Notes under the pieces: model-generated | Database searches by the model: none | Seen by the model: the letters and a program-made list of their open reading frames with translations, nothing else | Told to the model about the DNA's origin: nothing | Assembly: GCF_009914755.1 (NCBI RefSeq) | Contig: NC_060936.1 | From: the human T2T-CHM13v2.0 reference genome, Homo sapiens | Strand: one strand, 5' to 3' | Length of the DNA stretch: 64,000 nucleotides | Part shown: positions 26,607 to 40,710 of the stretch, in pieces | How the letters are laid out: the number at the start of each line of letters is the position of its first letter | Position numbering within the stretch: the stretch's first letter is position 1 | Translations under genes and position numbers: made by a program

Positions 26607-28899
26607 CTTTTATGTATTTAGTTACTTTAATACTAAGGGAATTGTGTTTGTGGAAAGAAGTTTTTATTTTAATTTTTTCTCTGTGTATATAGAAACACCC
26701 TCTCTGTTGAATAAACATAAATTTATACAAGCAGACATATGAACATAACTTTTATGCTTTTGGTAGTTATTAAAATATGCTGTTTTAATCATGCATTCTA
26801 GCAATAAGCTTAGTGCATTAACATTCAGAGAGTAAATGACAGAAACATTTTTGTTCTGTACTCTAAAATTATTATCTTTGGTGTTTGAGAACAGATTCAT
26901 TTAACAGCCGTTAAAGAGTGAGAAAATATACAGCTTTAACCTACATTGAGAGGTTAAAAATAGAAATTCCAGCAAATATATTTAAATATATGTATCACCA
27001 GAAACATATTTCAGGCAAATCCCTCCCTCTTTCCTTTAAAAATAATATGGGAGAAACTATTGCATGCAATTTGATGTTTTAGTTTTGATTTTTAAGGACC
27101 ATTTACTTCCTTTTCTTTTCTACATGTCAAAAGTCAATTAATATTTATATGAATTTTGCAGTAAAGCTCTTCCTCCACATATATTTCTCTTTTCAATTAT
27201 AATTTAGTGGTCTCACCTACATTCCGCATCTCTCTCTCTGAAAGGTGCAATGGTGCAGAGCAGTTACACAATAGGATAGGACAATGTATACACAAGTGAA
27301 TTTCTCCCACTATACTGAGCATAATATGGACATTCAGTACTGGGATGGATCCCATCCAGAGAAGGTAGCTCCTCAAGGTTTTATGTGCTGAATTGTTCAT
27401 ATTCATATATGCCACCACTATCCACACATAAGATTGAGTACTAGGCAAGAAGGGCACTACCACAATCTTTCCATAGCAGGGTGGGTATGTTCATAGCAGG
27501 CTGGGAGAATAACAGGGATAAGATTTGTCTTTGTGTCCATAGAGACTCCAAATAGGCTACCCTAGTCTGCGCTGAGAAAACATTTTTTTCAGGAGTGTTC
27601 CCCAGCACTCAGTATTATTAGAGACACTGTGCTTGAAGGTGGGATTTTTAACATTAAGATGTTTGATATGCTGTTTAATATAATGCATATGCCTCAAAGG
27701 AACCTCAGCCCTTTTCTTTTGTAGGCTAACAGGTCATACTTCTGGATTTTATAAGCCATCACAGATGTGATCAACCAGTCCACTCACCATCTCTTCATCC
27801 TATCCAATTGATAATGCTACTTAAAATCCAAATCCACACTTGCATCTTCATAGCAAAACAGTTTATATTTTGGAGTATAGATATTTTTATTATTTTCCCA
27901 AGAAATTGATGGTGACAAAAAAAGGGGAGTCTTAAAAATCTAGGGAACCAGACCCAGGGGAAATTGTAGGCATGTTCTTTAGCATCAACACTCTGCTCTG
28001 GCCCTTTTCTGGACAGTATTTTTATTTGTTTGATTGTTTGTTTGCAAATAATGCAATTCTCCATTCTCTTTAATGTCAAACTGACCATCCTTCACAGAAG
28101 TCAAACCTTTCCTCTATTTCTTGAGGGGTACGGGATGAGCAAGAGAGGACAGGGTTTAGTGGAGTTGGTCTTAATTAAATGTGCACGGTATAGTACTAGA
28201 AAAACATGCTATTTTTTCTTATCACTATTACTTAGATAAGAACTTTTAATATTAAGCACAGAATCAGATATAACTTCTTATCTATGTAATTAAATGTGAC
28301 ATTAACATTTGAGATAAACATAAGGTCATTTTTTTTAGCTTTTTTTTAAAATGAAGAGATGGCTGATATAAAGATAAGCTTTATGGATATCAAGTAGGTC
28401 ATAATAAAATTCTGGAATGGACAGAAAACTTAACATTTTCTGTTAGAAAATCTTTCTTTCATAGTGGAATCTACAGTTTTTTTCAATTCCTGGTTTTGTT
28501 GTTGCTTCTTGGCATTAGTAAATATTTCAGTCCAGTAAACTTTGCTACAATTACACAAACTCTATACAGTGAGGTTTGGGAAAGGTATGCAAAGACTTAC
28601 TTCCAGTCAAAAGAAAGTCAACCACTGTGTGAAATGAGGATTAGAAACTAGATTTGCTGATATATTTGTACAGGGTATTTACTACCTAACAGGGCATGTT
28701 TTTATTTATCTTTTTATCTTTCAAAATATGAGGCATTTTCCACCATTAGTGGAAATTTTTTTTTTTTAAATCATTACATGAGAGGAAAATGTTATCAATG
28801 TGATAGTTAAAATATTTTAATGGCAAACGTAGATTTTAAAGGGTGATATCGATTTGCTTCACACAACTACATACAATTACAAATGTAGTTAACATTTTT

Positions 28900-29715
<816 letters not shown>

Positions 29716-30000
29716 TTAGTAAAGATGGTACTCAGCAGTAAGACCAAGAAATTTCAGCGAAAAGTCTCATATATTTCATATCCATTGATTACTGATTTTT
29801 AGAACAGGAAAAGACCTTAAGTATCCTGGAAAATATCTGATTTACCCTTGAAACTGACACTCAGATAAGCACTTGGTGTTTACAAAAATAAAAATCCAGT
29901 ATCTTGTTATTTTTAGGCTATTAGGAAGTCACAATACTTTATGTTATTTTAAATAAAAACTGAGATGTAGGAAACATTAATACGTCTCATCTAAAACAAA

Positions 30001-30188
30001 ATAGACAAGAACAAAATGTACAAAAATTTACTTCATTCAACTACAGAAATCTTCCAAAATGTGCATAAGATAAACAATGGCTTTTAACATGTGTATAGAC
30101 AAGAACAAAATGTACAAAAATTTACTTCATACAACTACAGAAATCTTCCAAAACATGCATAAGATAAACAATGGCTTTTAAAATTTGT
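30001..30188. repeat. Tandem duplication, 2 x 94 bp
   Basis: 30001-30094 versus 30095-30188, 5 mismatches. Confidence 0.97.
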
Positions 30189-30364
30189 ATTTAAAATGTA
30201 AAAAAAGATAGTATCTGAAAAAGGATAGATCAAAAAATAGGTTTTGGTTTCTCATTATATTTCTTCTTTTTAATTTAAAAATTCAATTTCTCTATTTTAA
30301 TTTTTAACAGGTAATTTTTAAGTGACTTCAAAATTAAAAAGGATATAAAGGTTTATAATGAAAA

Positions 30365-30598
30365 GTACACTGAAAATGATAAACACTGCTGACAGAAAGA
30401 AAAGGAGACTCAAATAAATGAATAGATATACCATGTTCATGGGTCAGAATACTGAATATTGCTAAGATGTCAATTTTCCCAAAGTGGATTTATAGATTCA
30501 ATGCAATTCCAATCAAAATCTAGAAGGCTTTTTTTTCATGGAAGTTGACAAAATGATTTTAAAATTTATGGCAAAGCAAAGAGCCTAGAATAGCCCAA
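30365..30598 (+). mobile_element. Old L1M ORF2 fragment
   Basis: gatataccatgttcatggg...tatagattcaatgcaattccaatcaaaat...ctagaatagcc. Confidence 0.8.
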
Positions 30599-30701
30599 GA
30601 TGCTTATATTTTATTTATTTTGTTCTTTAAAATGTTTTAAACAAAACAAAAACAAACATTTCAAGTATACAGCCTGATGTTATAAGATACATACATACAT
30701 A

Positions 30702-31011
30702 CAGTTGGCCTTTGATGTTTGCGCATTCTTCATCTGTGGATTTAACCAACTGTGGATTAAAAATATTTAAAAATAAAAATTACAAAAGCAATACAATGAA
30801 AAATACAAATGAAAGAATACAGTATCACAATTATTTATATTGTATAAGGTATAAGTAATCTAGAGATGATTTAAAGTATATGGAAGGATACGTGTAGGTT
30901 ATATGCAAACACTATACCATTTCATATTAGGAACTTGAGTATCTAACTGTAAATTTTGATATTCACAAGATATCCTGGAACCAATCCTCTGTGGATAAAT
31001 AGGAACAACTA
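30702..31011. mobile_element. MER2/MER2B (TcMar-Tigger)
   Basis: cagttggcc...aagtaatctagagatgatttaaagtata...cctggaaccaatcc; TA flanks. Confidence 0.88.
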
Positions 31012-31434
31012 TATAGGAAAATGGTTACTGTTGTTCAACAAATTAATATATGCATCCTCTCAAATAGTTGCCTGTTTTATTCCCTTTGTGGCAGGAAAAG
31101 CTATATTCATTTATCAACAATCCTGAATGCAATACACTATTATTAACTATAGTCCTTATGTTGTACATTACATCTTTTGACTCTTTCATGTTTGCTACTT
31201 TGTATCTTTTGATCAACATCTCCCATTTCTTCCCCTTAATCTGTCCCTGATAACCCGTTTTACTTTTTATTTCTGTATATCTGACTTTTTTATTTTTAGA
31301 TTCCACATGTAAGTAAGATCATCCAGTATTTTTCTGTTTCTGGCTTATTTTATTTAGTACAATGTCTTCTAAATCCATCAATGTTGTGGCAAATGGCAGA
31401 ATCTGCTTCTTTTTTAAGGCTGAATATTCCATTT

Positions 31435-31985
31435 TAAATATACAAATATACATACATACATATATGCATGTATATATGTATATATTTATACATAAAAAGG
31501 GATTATATTCCATACATGTATAAAATATATATATGTATTTTTAGATGTATATTTATACATATACATATATATGTGTGTATTTATATATAAATCTATATTA
31601 TATATAACATGTATTTTATATATAAATATGTATTATATATTTTATACTTTATATATTTTTATTTTGTATTTTATATATACTTATGTATTTATATATAAAA
31701 TACATTATTACAATATATATTTATATATAATATACACATATATACATATATGTATAAATACATATATATGCATTTATACATATATGCATATATAATGCAT
31801 ACATATATGCATATGTATAAATTTATATATAAAATACATGTTATATATAATATAGATTTATATAGTTTATGTTATATATATGTATATTTATATATACACA
31901 CAAATGTATATATGTATATACACAAATACAAATATTAAATAAGTATATATATTTATATATAAACAAACATTTATTTTTATAAATT
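31435..31985. repeat. AT-rich (TA)n-derived island with an internal inverted repeat
   Basis: About 550 bp of TA/TATG/TACA units; perfect 44-bp arms at 31584-31627 and 31821-31864. Confidence 0.93.
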
Positions 31986-34770
31986 GTTTCACAGTTTCTT
32001 TATTCACTTATCCATTGATGAATATCTTGGCTATTGTGAGTAATGTTGCAATGATTATGAGAGTGCAAACCTCTCCTAGAGCTGTTGATTTCATTTCCTT
32101 TGGGTAAATATTCAGGAAAGAGATTGCTGGATCATATGGTAGTTCTATTTTTAATTTTTGAGGAACCTCCATACTTTTGACAATAATGGTTGCGCCAATC
32201 TACATTTCCACCACCAATGCGCAAGGGCTCCATATTCTCTGCCCCCTCACTAACACTTGTCTCTGGTCTTTTTGATAATAGCTATCCTAACAGGTGTGAG
32301 GTGGTATCTCATGGAGGTTTTAATTTGTATTTTTCTGGTGATTAGTGATGTTGAGCACCTTTCATGTACCTGTTGGCCATTTTTATGTCATTTTTGGAGA
32401 AAAATCTATTCAAGTCCTTTGCCCATTGTTTAATTGGGTTACTTATTTTCATGTTTTCTTACTATTGTGTGAATTATTTATAAGTCTTGAATATTAACCT
32501 CTTATTTGATATGTGATTTGCAAATATTTTTTCTTAACTTGTAGGTTGGCCCTTTTCATTTTGTTGATTTTTTTTTTTCTGTGAGAAGTTACCATTTGTT
32601 TTGCTCTGTTATTTCATTTACAAAATTGTGACATAAGTTTGTGTCAGGGTGACATACTTAACCATAAACTTAGTAAGAATGTTTTCATTTGAAATATTTT
32701 TATAATTTTGTCAGGTACAGATGATATAAGTATTTTAATTAAGCTAATGTTTCATAAGTAAAAAGCAAAATAGTAATAACCCATCTGGAATTTCCCCCAG
32801 ATTACTCTAGGAAATATACATAATGAGAGAAAATATTCAAAACTATATATTAGCTCTTAGTTATTTCTGCTCTGTGAGTTCTTTAGCAAGAGACTTGTTA
32901 TTACTATGAAGAAACTGAATATTTCATTGTTGTTGAATGTGTAGTGCATAAATAGAAACTAGGGTCTGTGGACATACTACTTTGATTTGACTGATAGTTT
33001 TGCAATGTGAGAACTCCCATCTGAAAACTCAGTGCACATGAAGAGAATGTTTTATTTCCTAACATAGCATTGAAATATGTCAAGCACATGAACTGAGACT
33101 TGCTCAGCTGATATGTGTTCTGAGAATAAAAGAAACATAAATTGCTAAGGCTCAGGAACATGCCCATTCTATGAATAGAGATTGACTTTGCTGCCAAGGG
33201 AAGCAAGTTGCTTGGGCTTTAGGTGACACATTCCCAATCTTTACTTTACCAAGAAAACGGCTTGGAAAGCAAACTACTTGAAATGTTTTCCCAAAGGTTT
33301 CCAATGAATATCAAACCCATCAAGCATCACATTTATTTCAGACACAAACTCTCTATGCCTCAGGAAACTCTCTCAGCTCTAATGTCGTTGGAAGCACCTG
33401 TCATCTTCCTTCACCTTACTGTCAGGCTATCCATGCCTTTAAGGTAGGTCGCCTTTCTTTGAGATCCTGCTTCATTATGGGAAGCTCAAGTTTTTTTTCC
33501 TAAGCTACATTTGGAATTTGAGGGCTTTTTGCTTGTCCTTATATGCTCTGCCCAACATTTCCCATTATGTGGTCAAGTTGCTACTCTCATTTACATATTT
33601 ATTCAACAAATCTTTCTCTATTATACTATACAAATATTATTTATTTAATATCATAAACTAATATTTTACTAAACCATTACTTTTTTAACTCCCACACTGA
33701 AGAAGAGTGTTAAGGATAAACAAGTGAAGGATGTACACATGTCTTTTCCACTGAGTTACATTGGGAGAGAAAAATACCAGGAAGAAGGTGAAGGGGTTTC
33801 TGCATAAAAAGAATAAAATAAGGTCTAGAAATACTCTAAGAAACAGCTCCAGTGGAGGCTTTCTCATGACATATATAGAGACCATGCTTTTTCTATCCCA
33901 GACAATTTGAGCGTAACTCCTCTATGAAAAATAATATGTTGTTTCCATTAAAAGGGGAAAAAAAAACCAGATTTCCTAATTTTTTTTCCAGATGTTCCCT
34001 ACCTGACTTAGGAGAAAATGAGCTCCTTGGATTCAGTATGCAAGGTTGAGCACTGGCCAATACGTTTTTGTTTTATTATTCTGGAGACATTTCCTAAAGC
34101 CTCTCAAGGTTAATCAAGTATACCAGAGGCATCTATGGGGGTTGCAAAATCTAATTATTATTCCTTGTGGTTACCACACTAGTTTCCTCAACCCATTTTT
34201 AGAACTGCTTCGGAGACAATGAACAAGTTCCACAGCCATGTACATAGGAATAGAGTTATTTTCTGACTCTTACTGGATTTTGAAGGGCAAAATGAGGAGA
34301 GGAAGAAACTACTTTGGTTTCAATGACTGATCAGAGTTTTCCTTTATTCTAATTTAGGTTTTTGTTAATAATGCGAAAGAAAATGGTTTAATAAGCACAT
34401 CATAAATAATAAGAAGCCCGGATGAAACAGGAATAATTTTGTTTTGAAGGAGTGAGATGGAAAGATAATCATTACCACCTTCTTTATCTTGAGAGCAGGC
34501 ATAGAAATTCACCTTGATTCAAATAATCTTTCTTCAGTGAAGAATGGGTAGGGAGTCATCATTAAGTTTGTATTTATAGACAAAGCCGTATAGGAGATAA
34601 TTTTATAATATAACCTTCTCTTCTCTGACCTAGTTAAAAAAATATAGGCCAATGAGGCTCTTGTAACAAAATAATTCTGAAGAAAGATAAGATAGGCTAC
34701 GGACTTTGTCTTAAAAAGAGAGTCAAAGAATTTGATGGTGAGAAATGATTACTTAACAAGATGAGGCTGA

Positions 34771-35256
<486 letters not shown>

Positions 35257-35379
35257 TCACCTTGCTATAGTTGTTTAAACGAAAAATAGAATCACGTAAT
35301 CATCTGAATCAATAGCAGCAACTGTGAGATCTGAGGTTACATTCTGAGGGAGACGTACCAAACTTTCTGTAGTTAACAT

Positions 35380-35873
35380 GTAGCAGACATTGTTGGTTGG
35401 TTATCCCAAAGCCATTTCTGACTCCTTTATCCCTGCAGCCTTCCCATCTTATAAGCTGTAAAGTTAGGTCTCCTTCACTGCAGGCGGGGGCATATAATCT
35501 AATTCTGGACACTGATGTGTAAAAAGAAATCTAATAGGGAGAGTTCCTGAAAAAGATAGCTTCTAGATGAAATGGTAAGATACAAGAAGAGAGCTGGCTG
35601 TCTTTCCCTTGCCAATGCCTGCCTTCCCATACTTATGTGTGTACCTGATGCTCCTCTGGAGCTTAGAAAGTCATTATATTACTTGGAAAAGGGAGATGGT
35701 AACATGAACGTGGGTGAAAAAATCCATACTCTAAGGAAAATTCAGAACACAAAGAAAGCTCGTGACCTTTATTGAACCCACGACACAATTTTAAATGAAA
35801 ATAAGTGTCCCTATGGTATAAGCAGTTGTTATTCGGATATTGACACTTATACTCAAAAGCATTTCTTACTGAT
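35380..35873 (+). mobile_element. LTR33-like ERVL LTR
   Basis: tgtagcagacattgttgg start; aattctggacactgatgtgtaa; aaagcatttcttactgata end. Confidence 0.6.
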
Positions 35874-35969
35874 AAAGTATGTGGGTGTTCAAGGCACTGA
35901 AAGATTATATATAAACATACAATTATTTCAACTTTGGGAAGTGGATAATATTTATTTCCTGCACCTTCT

Positions 35970-36180
35970 CAAAGCCCTTTCACACAAATAATTTTATTGG
36001 TTACTATATTAATCCTCAGAAGTAGACAGGGTTAGGGTTCTGATTACAGTCTTATAAGTGAAGAAACTGAATACAAAAGTAAAAAGACTTTGTCTAGAGC
36101 AACAAAACCTGTATATAGTAGAGACGAGATATGAACTAAGATCTTTGACTCCTTAACTAGGAGCCTCTTTTGGATCATAC
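35970..36180 (-). mobile_element. MIR
   Basis: ttataagtgaagaaactgaa...tgaactaagatctttgactcc. Confidence 0.6.
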
Positions 36181-36824
36181 ATCAAGTTAAAAGTAATAAT
36201 ACTAAAATGGTTTTGCATCAAAGGAACAAGATGACGAATGATGCTGATTTTGTCTTTTGTTTCAAACTAGGGACCAGCAATATTCCAAAGTAAACCTTTT
36301 TGAAACCTAGGCTTTCTCCTTTTTCTTCATAGAAGGGAATTTGTGCAATTACCCCCAAGAGAACTACCTTGCTACAACAACAATTTACATCCTGGCTGCA
36401 TTAAATGTGTTTACTGTGGTTAGAAATCTAAAACTGAACAGTTAATAAAAGGAGCTAGAGAATGTTGTAGCTGAACCATTATAGCTCTAGTTTTCCTGTT
36501 TTTCTCAATTCAGACCCTGCCACAGAGTCGCACTCCCTTCTGGGATGCATGGTTTGCAAAGAAAAAGAGTAAAACATCCAGTTTTATAGCTACTCTGCTG
36601 AAATGCAGCAAATGTATAGTTTGTACCTCAGTCTAGTCATGTAAATCTTGAGATGCGTTAATCCGTCGTTATAGAAGTCTGTTTATCACTATACAGATGG
36701 AAGAATCAAGTATAGTGTTTCTTCAAATGTCTTTTGAAAATAATGAAAATTCAATTGTTCTTCTCTTACCCTGGTAATCCAGTTCATTTGGGATTATCCT
36801 TTTACAATGGAGAAAAGAGTATTA

Positions 36825-37016
36825 AATGTGAAATTCAAGCCACATCCTATTTATTGTAAATAAAGTTTTATTGGAACACAGCTATGCCTGTTTAGGTATT
36901 GTCTGTGGCTAATACTTTCCACTACATCAGGAGAATTGACTAGTTGCCACAGAAAACCAGTGACCTACAAAGCTTTTATTATGTGGACCTTTCAAGAAAA
37001 GGTTTTTTGACCCCTG
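36825..37016. mobile_element. MER58A fragment (hAT-Charlie)
   Basis: gtaaataaagttttattggaacacagc...tattgtctgtggct...tgacccctg. Confidence 0.8.
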
Positions 37017-37083
37017 TCTTAGGAAATAAGAAATAAGTGAGGGCTTTAAGCTAGAAAGCATTATAATAGGAATCATGATGTGG

Positions 37084-37284
37084 TGGACACCCAGTGTAGA
37101 ATAATAGACATTGGAGACTCGAAAGGGTGGGAGGGTGGGATGAGGGTAGGGATGAGAAATTACTTGAAGGATTCAATGTATATTATTTAGGGGATGGATA
37201 CACTTGAAGCCCAGATTTCACCACTATACAATATATCAATGTAACAAAACTGCACTTGTACCCATTAAATTTATACAAAAAATA
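37084..37284 (+). mobile_element. L1MA2-4-like 3' end
   Basis: aatagacattggagactcgaaagggtggg...agcccagatttcaccactatacaatatatcaatgtaacaaaactgcacttgtaccc. Confidence 0.85.
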
Positions 37285-37386
37285 CACTCTAGAATCATAT
37301 TAAAAAATCATTCCCTAGTCAGCTCAGTTTTTATTAGTTTTTTTTCACATGTATGTGTGTAGGTGTATATATTTTTGTTTTGCTGT

Positions 37387-37565
37387 ACTGACACTCTCTC
37401 CAGGAAGACAGTGCCAATTAAATTGAACTAGAGGACACCCAGCTGGTGTCCACTGCAGAATTGCTTGGTTGGTGCATGGGGAGAAAACTCCACAGATTTG
37501 TTTTCAGAAATGTTGTGTTAAATGGTTTGTGAGAGTAGGAAAAACATTTTGGGTTTTTCTTATCT
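37387..37565 (+). mobile_element. MER21-family LTR fragment
   Basis: ctctccaggaagacagtg...gaggacacccagctggtgtccactgcagaattgcttg. Confidence 0.7.
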
Positions 37566-38340
37566 ATAACAATTTTAAAAGGGGAATTTTACCTGGCACA
37601 GTATATTTTACTTCTGTTTTCTTTTCAGACATAGTTCCCTGGTCCTGGTAGATCTTAATATAAATATAGCAGTTGCTACCAATGACTAAATGGGTGACGC
37701 CATGGGATACATTTAAAATTCATCAAGAATTAGGGTTTGATGTGAGATGTTTCTGATTAAAACATGCATACACCATATGGCTTCCCACATAGTTTAGTTA
37801 GTTATCTATGTCATGACTTGGAATTGGTTGGCTTTCCAATCTTCTTTCTATCTGCTTTTGGAGAAACTAGAGAAAAACAGTATAATTGGAGAGTAAGTGA
37901 ATTGCGGAGGTGGGCCAAACACAGCTTAATCATGTGTAATGTCTGCTAGAAAGTGAACTGGAATCATCACACCAATTTCACTTATAAAATTCAAACTGCA
38001 AGAGACTTTGCAACACTAATGATAGCCAGTTGCCTAATTAGCTCTGCAACACAGTCTTTTCAATTTATTAAAGCAGAATGAGTCATAAGTTGTGAACCTG
38101 GGGCAGCAGATAGCTTCCTGTTAAAACTCTGGGTAGGGTTTAACGATAGAAGTAGTCTAGTACATGAAAATTTCTTCTGCAAAAGAAAACATGGAAGGGA
38201 TATCTGTAAATTTAATTATATTAAACAGATAAATACCTGTGTCTTTATCTAAAACAGGGAACTCAATAATAATGTGAGCATATTTTTAAATACACACTAA
38301 AATATTAAAAATAATCTGTGTGTATGAGAGAGAGAGAAAG

Positions 38341-38619
38341 AGAGAGAGAGATCTCTGTCGCCCAGGCTGGAATGCAGCAGCATGATCTTGGCTCACTGTA
38401 GCTTCCACCTCTCAGGCTTAGGCGATCCTCCCACCTCAGCCTCCCAAATAGTTGAAACCAAGGTGCTCACCACCACGCTCAGCTGATTTTTGTATTTTTA
38501 GTAGAGAAGGAGTTTTTCCATGTTGCACAGGCTGGTCTTGTACTCCTGACCTCAAGTGATCTCCCTGTCTCGGTCTCCGAAAGTGCTGGGGCTACAGGTG
38601 TGAGCCACTGTGCCTGGAC
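38341..38619 (-). mobile_element. AluJb-like SINE; (GA)n sits where the tail should be
   Basis: ggcgatcctcccacctcagcctccc; ctgacctcaagtgatc; (GA)n at 38326-38351. Confidence 0.88.
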
Positions 38620-39881
38620 ACTTTTGCACCTGGTTTTGGTTTTAAAGGACTTTATTATTTATTTACTTATTTTAAATATTTTACCCAAATTCTTTATTAG
38701 ATTTATTTTTTGCTTTGGGAAATGAAAAAAATATGAAATTTATTCTAACAAAGCAATTACTAAGATTTTTATCATCACTTTATCCGATTTTCTGTCTAGG
38801 TAATACTCAGTTTTAATTTGGAAGACAATCCAAATTATAAAAGACATGATTGTGTTGCTTATTTTAAACCTTAATATGCAGACATGTAGTTAATACCCAC
38901 AGGGATCTGCCTTGAAGAGGTAGGTGGAAATAGGGCCAGAGTCATTTCTTCTACTTGTATTGGTATTTTGTTGTGCTCGGAAAATTTGAAACTATTCAGA
39001 AAAAAAAGGGAAAGAGGCTGAGAGGGGAAACCAATAGTATGTTAGGTGAATGTGATAACCTTTACACCATGAAAACTTACCCAAATCCAGCAGTATGGAT
39101 GGAGTGGAATTTTCAAGACTAGCTGTTCTTGAAATAGGTAACACCATAATATGGCATATCAAGGGTAAACTTTTAGAAATTTCTCAAAACTCTGGGCCAC
39201 AAAGCCAGGTTACCCAGTTGTTTGAACATCAGCAGCATGAATACTGTGGTTGGCAGAGTCCAAAGACCTGTTTTCAGCCTAGAGTGGCTGTAAGTCTCAT
39301 GCATATGTAGATGTTAAACATCATACAGACATTTCACTGTTCTTTGTGGCTGGAGAAACATGTGGGTCTTTAACTGAGTTGTTGACTCGGGAGTATAAAG
39401 TAAGATTGTATTTGCTTTTGTAGCCCATTAAAATGAATACTCTTGAAAATTAACAGGATTGCACAGCGGTTGCCAGTGGTGGGAGTCTGCTATCATTTTA
39501 CCTAATTGTTCATTCATAGGTTCTGTAAGTTAAGACAACCTTAACTTATAGAAGAAAAATTTGTAAATGATTTTCTATATTTCACAACTATCTCAGCATC
39601 CCCATATATCTGATGATCAATAAAGGAACTCTAGCAAGACAAAGAACTCTCAAAGAATCAGCAGGTTCTTCCTGGTTGCCTAGGAGAACAAGATATTCTT
39701 AACAGAAGTGGGTTATCCAGTGGTTTTCCAATTGAATGCATCATATCACCTTGATTCTTCTACCAGAAGGGCAGGTTTCCTTTTCAGAGAAACAAATAAA
39801 TTACATGTTTCTCACTAGATTGATCCCATGGAAATCTACTTCATTATTATTAGAGAACTCACAGGAACAACTGGTTTTGGC

Positions 39882-39960
39882 ATATATATATATATATATA
39901 TAATACTTTAAGTTCTGGGGTACATGTGCAGAATTGTGCAGTTTTGTTACACTGGTATAT
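39882..39960 (-). mobile_element. Very short L1PA 3'-terminal fragment with (TA)n
   Basis: atactttaagttctggggtacatgtgcagaattgtgcagttttgttaca. Confidence 0.8.
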
Positions 39961-40394
39961 ATTATTAAACATCAATGGAAGAGTAGAATTATACCAGAAT
40001 TTCGAGTAACTATACTACTCAGGAATTATTCTAATAACCCTTCTGCTGTTTTAGAGATTCAGCTCTCAAAATGAAATTTTAAAATAAATAAAAACAACTC
40101 CCTAGATGAGGATTTGAATTAACTATTGAAAAACACAAGCCATGTTTACCTGGGTCATGCCATACCTGCTAAGACAGTGATTGGGCTGTGTTTGTTTAGA
40201 GAGGAAATAAACAAAAGAAACACTGGTTTTTCTTTTATTATACATTTTTTTAGATTTCTAGAAACGCATTACATGACATTTTTGAACTTTTCAACCTGTC
40301 TTTGTGGCAGGTTGCTCTGTGGGAAATTGCAAGCTTTGAACTTCTGCAGACTTCTTTGTCAGTTACTGGTTTTGCGGTCTGAGGATGATTACCA

Positions 40395-40530
40395 AATCAC
40401 TACAGGCCTTGCTTTCTCCATCTCTGAAATGGGGATTAAGTACCTAAATTATGGACTGCTGTGAAGAATAATTGAGATAAATATGCAAAGCTCTTACAGC
40501 ACAGTAGTTGTATAAAATTATGTAGTAATT
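40395..40530 (+). mobile_element. MIR
   Basis: ttctccatctctgaaatggggatt...gctgtgaagaataattgagataa. Confidence 0.65.
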
Positions 40531-40672
40531 TTACAAAATAACTTTGCTTTTGCATACATAATTTAGAAAATAGTTTATTAAACAACACTTACTTCCATTC
40601 CTTTGGCATTGTTGATTCTTTCTGTCGCTGGTACCTCGGTAGAAATGTCCTCCATGCATAGATTAGTTTTGC

Positions 40673-40675
<3 letters not shown>

Positions 40676-40708
<33 letters not shown>
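40676..40708. repeat. (CA)n microsatellite
   Basis: Direct reading. Confidence 0.97.

Positions 40709-40710
<2 letters not shown>

Larger units (their letters stand above)
30620..32585 (-). mobile_element. L1MA6/7-like 3' part; hosts MER2 and an AT island
   Basis: aatacactattattaactatagtccttatgttgtacatta; tagattccacatgtaagt; gattgctggatcatatggtagttctatttttaatttttgaggaacctcc. Confidence 0.85.

Noticed and set aside
31571-31938. Tyr/Ile-rich ORFs (also 62483-62689 and 12583-12898)
   Set aside because: Artefacts of TA-rich low-complexity DNA.
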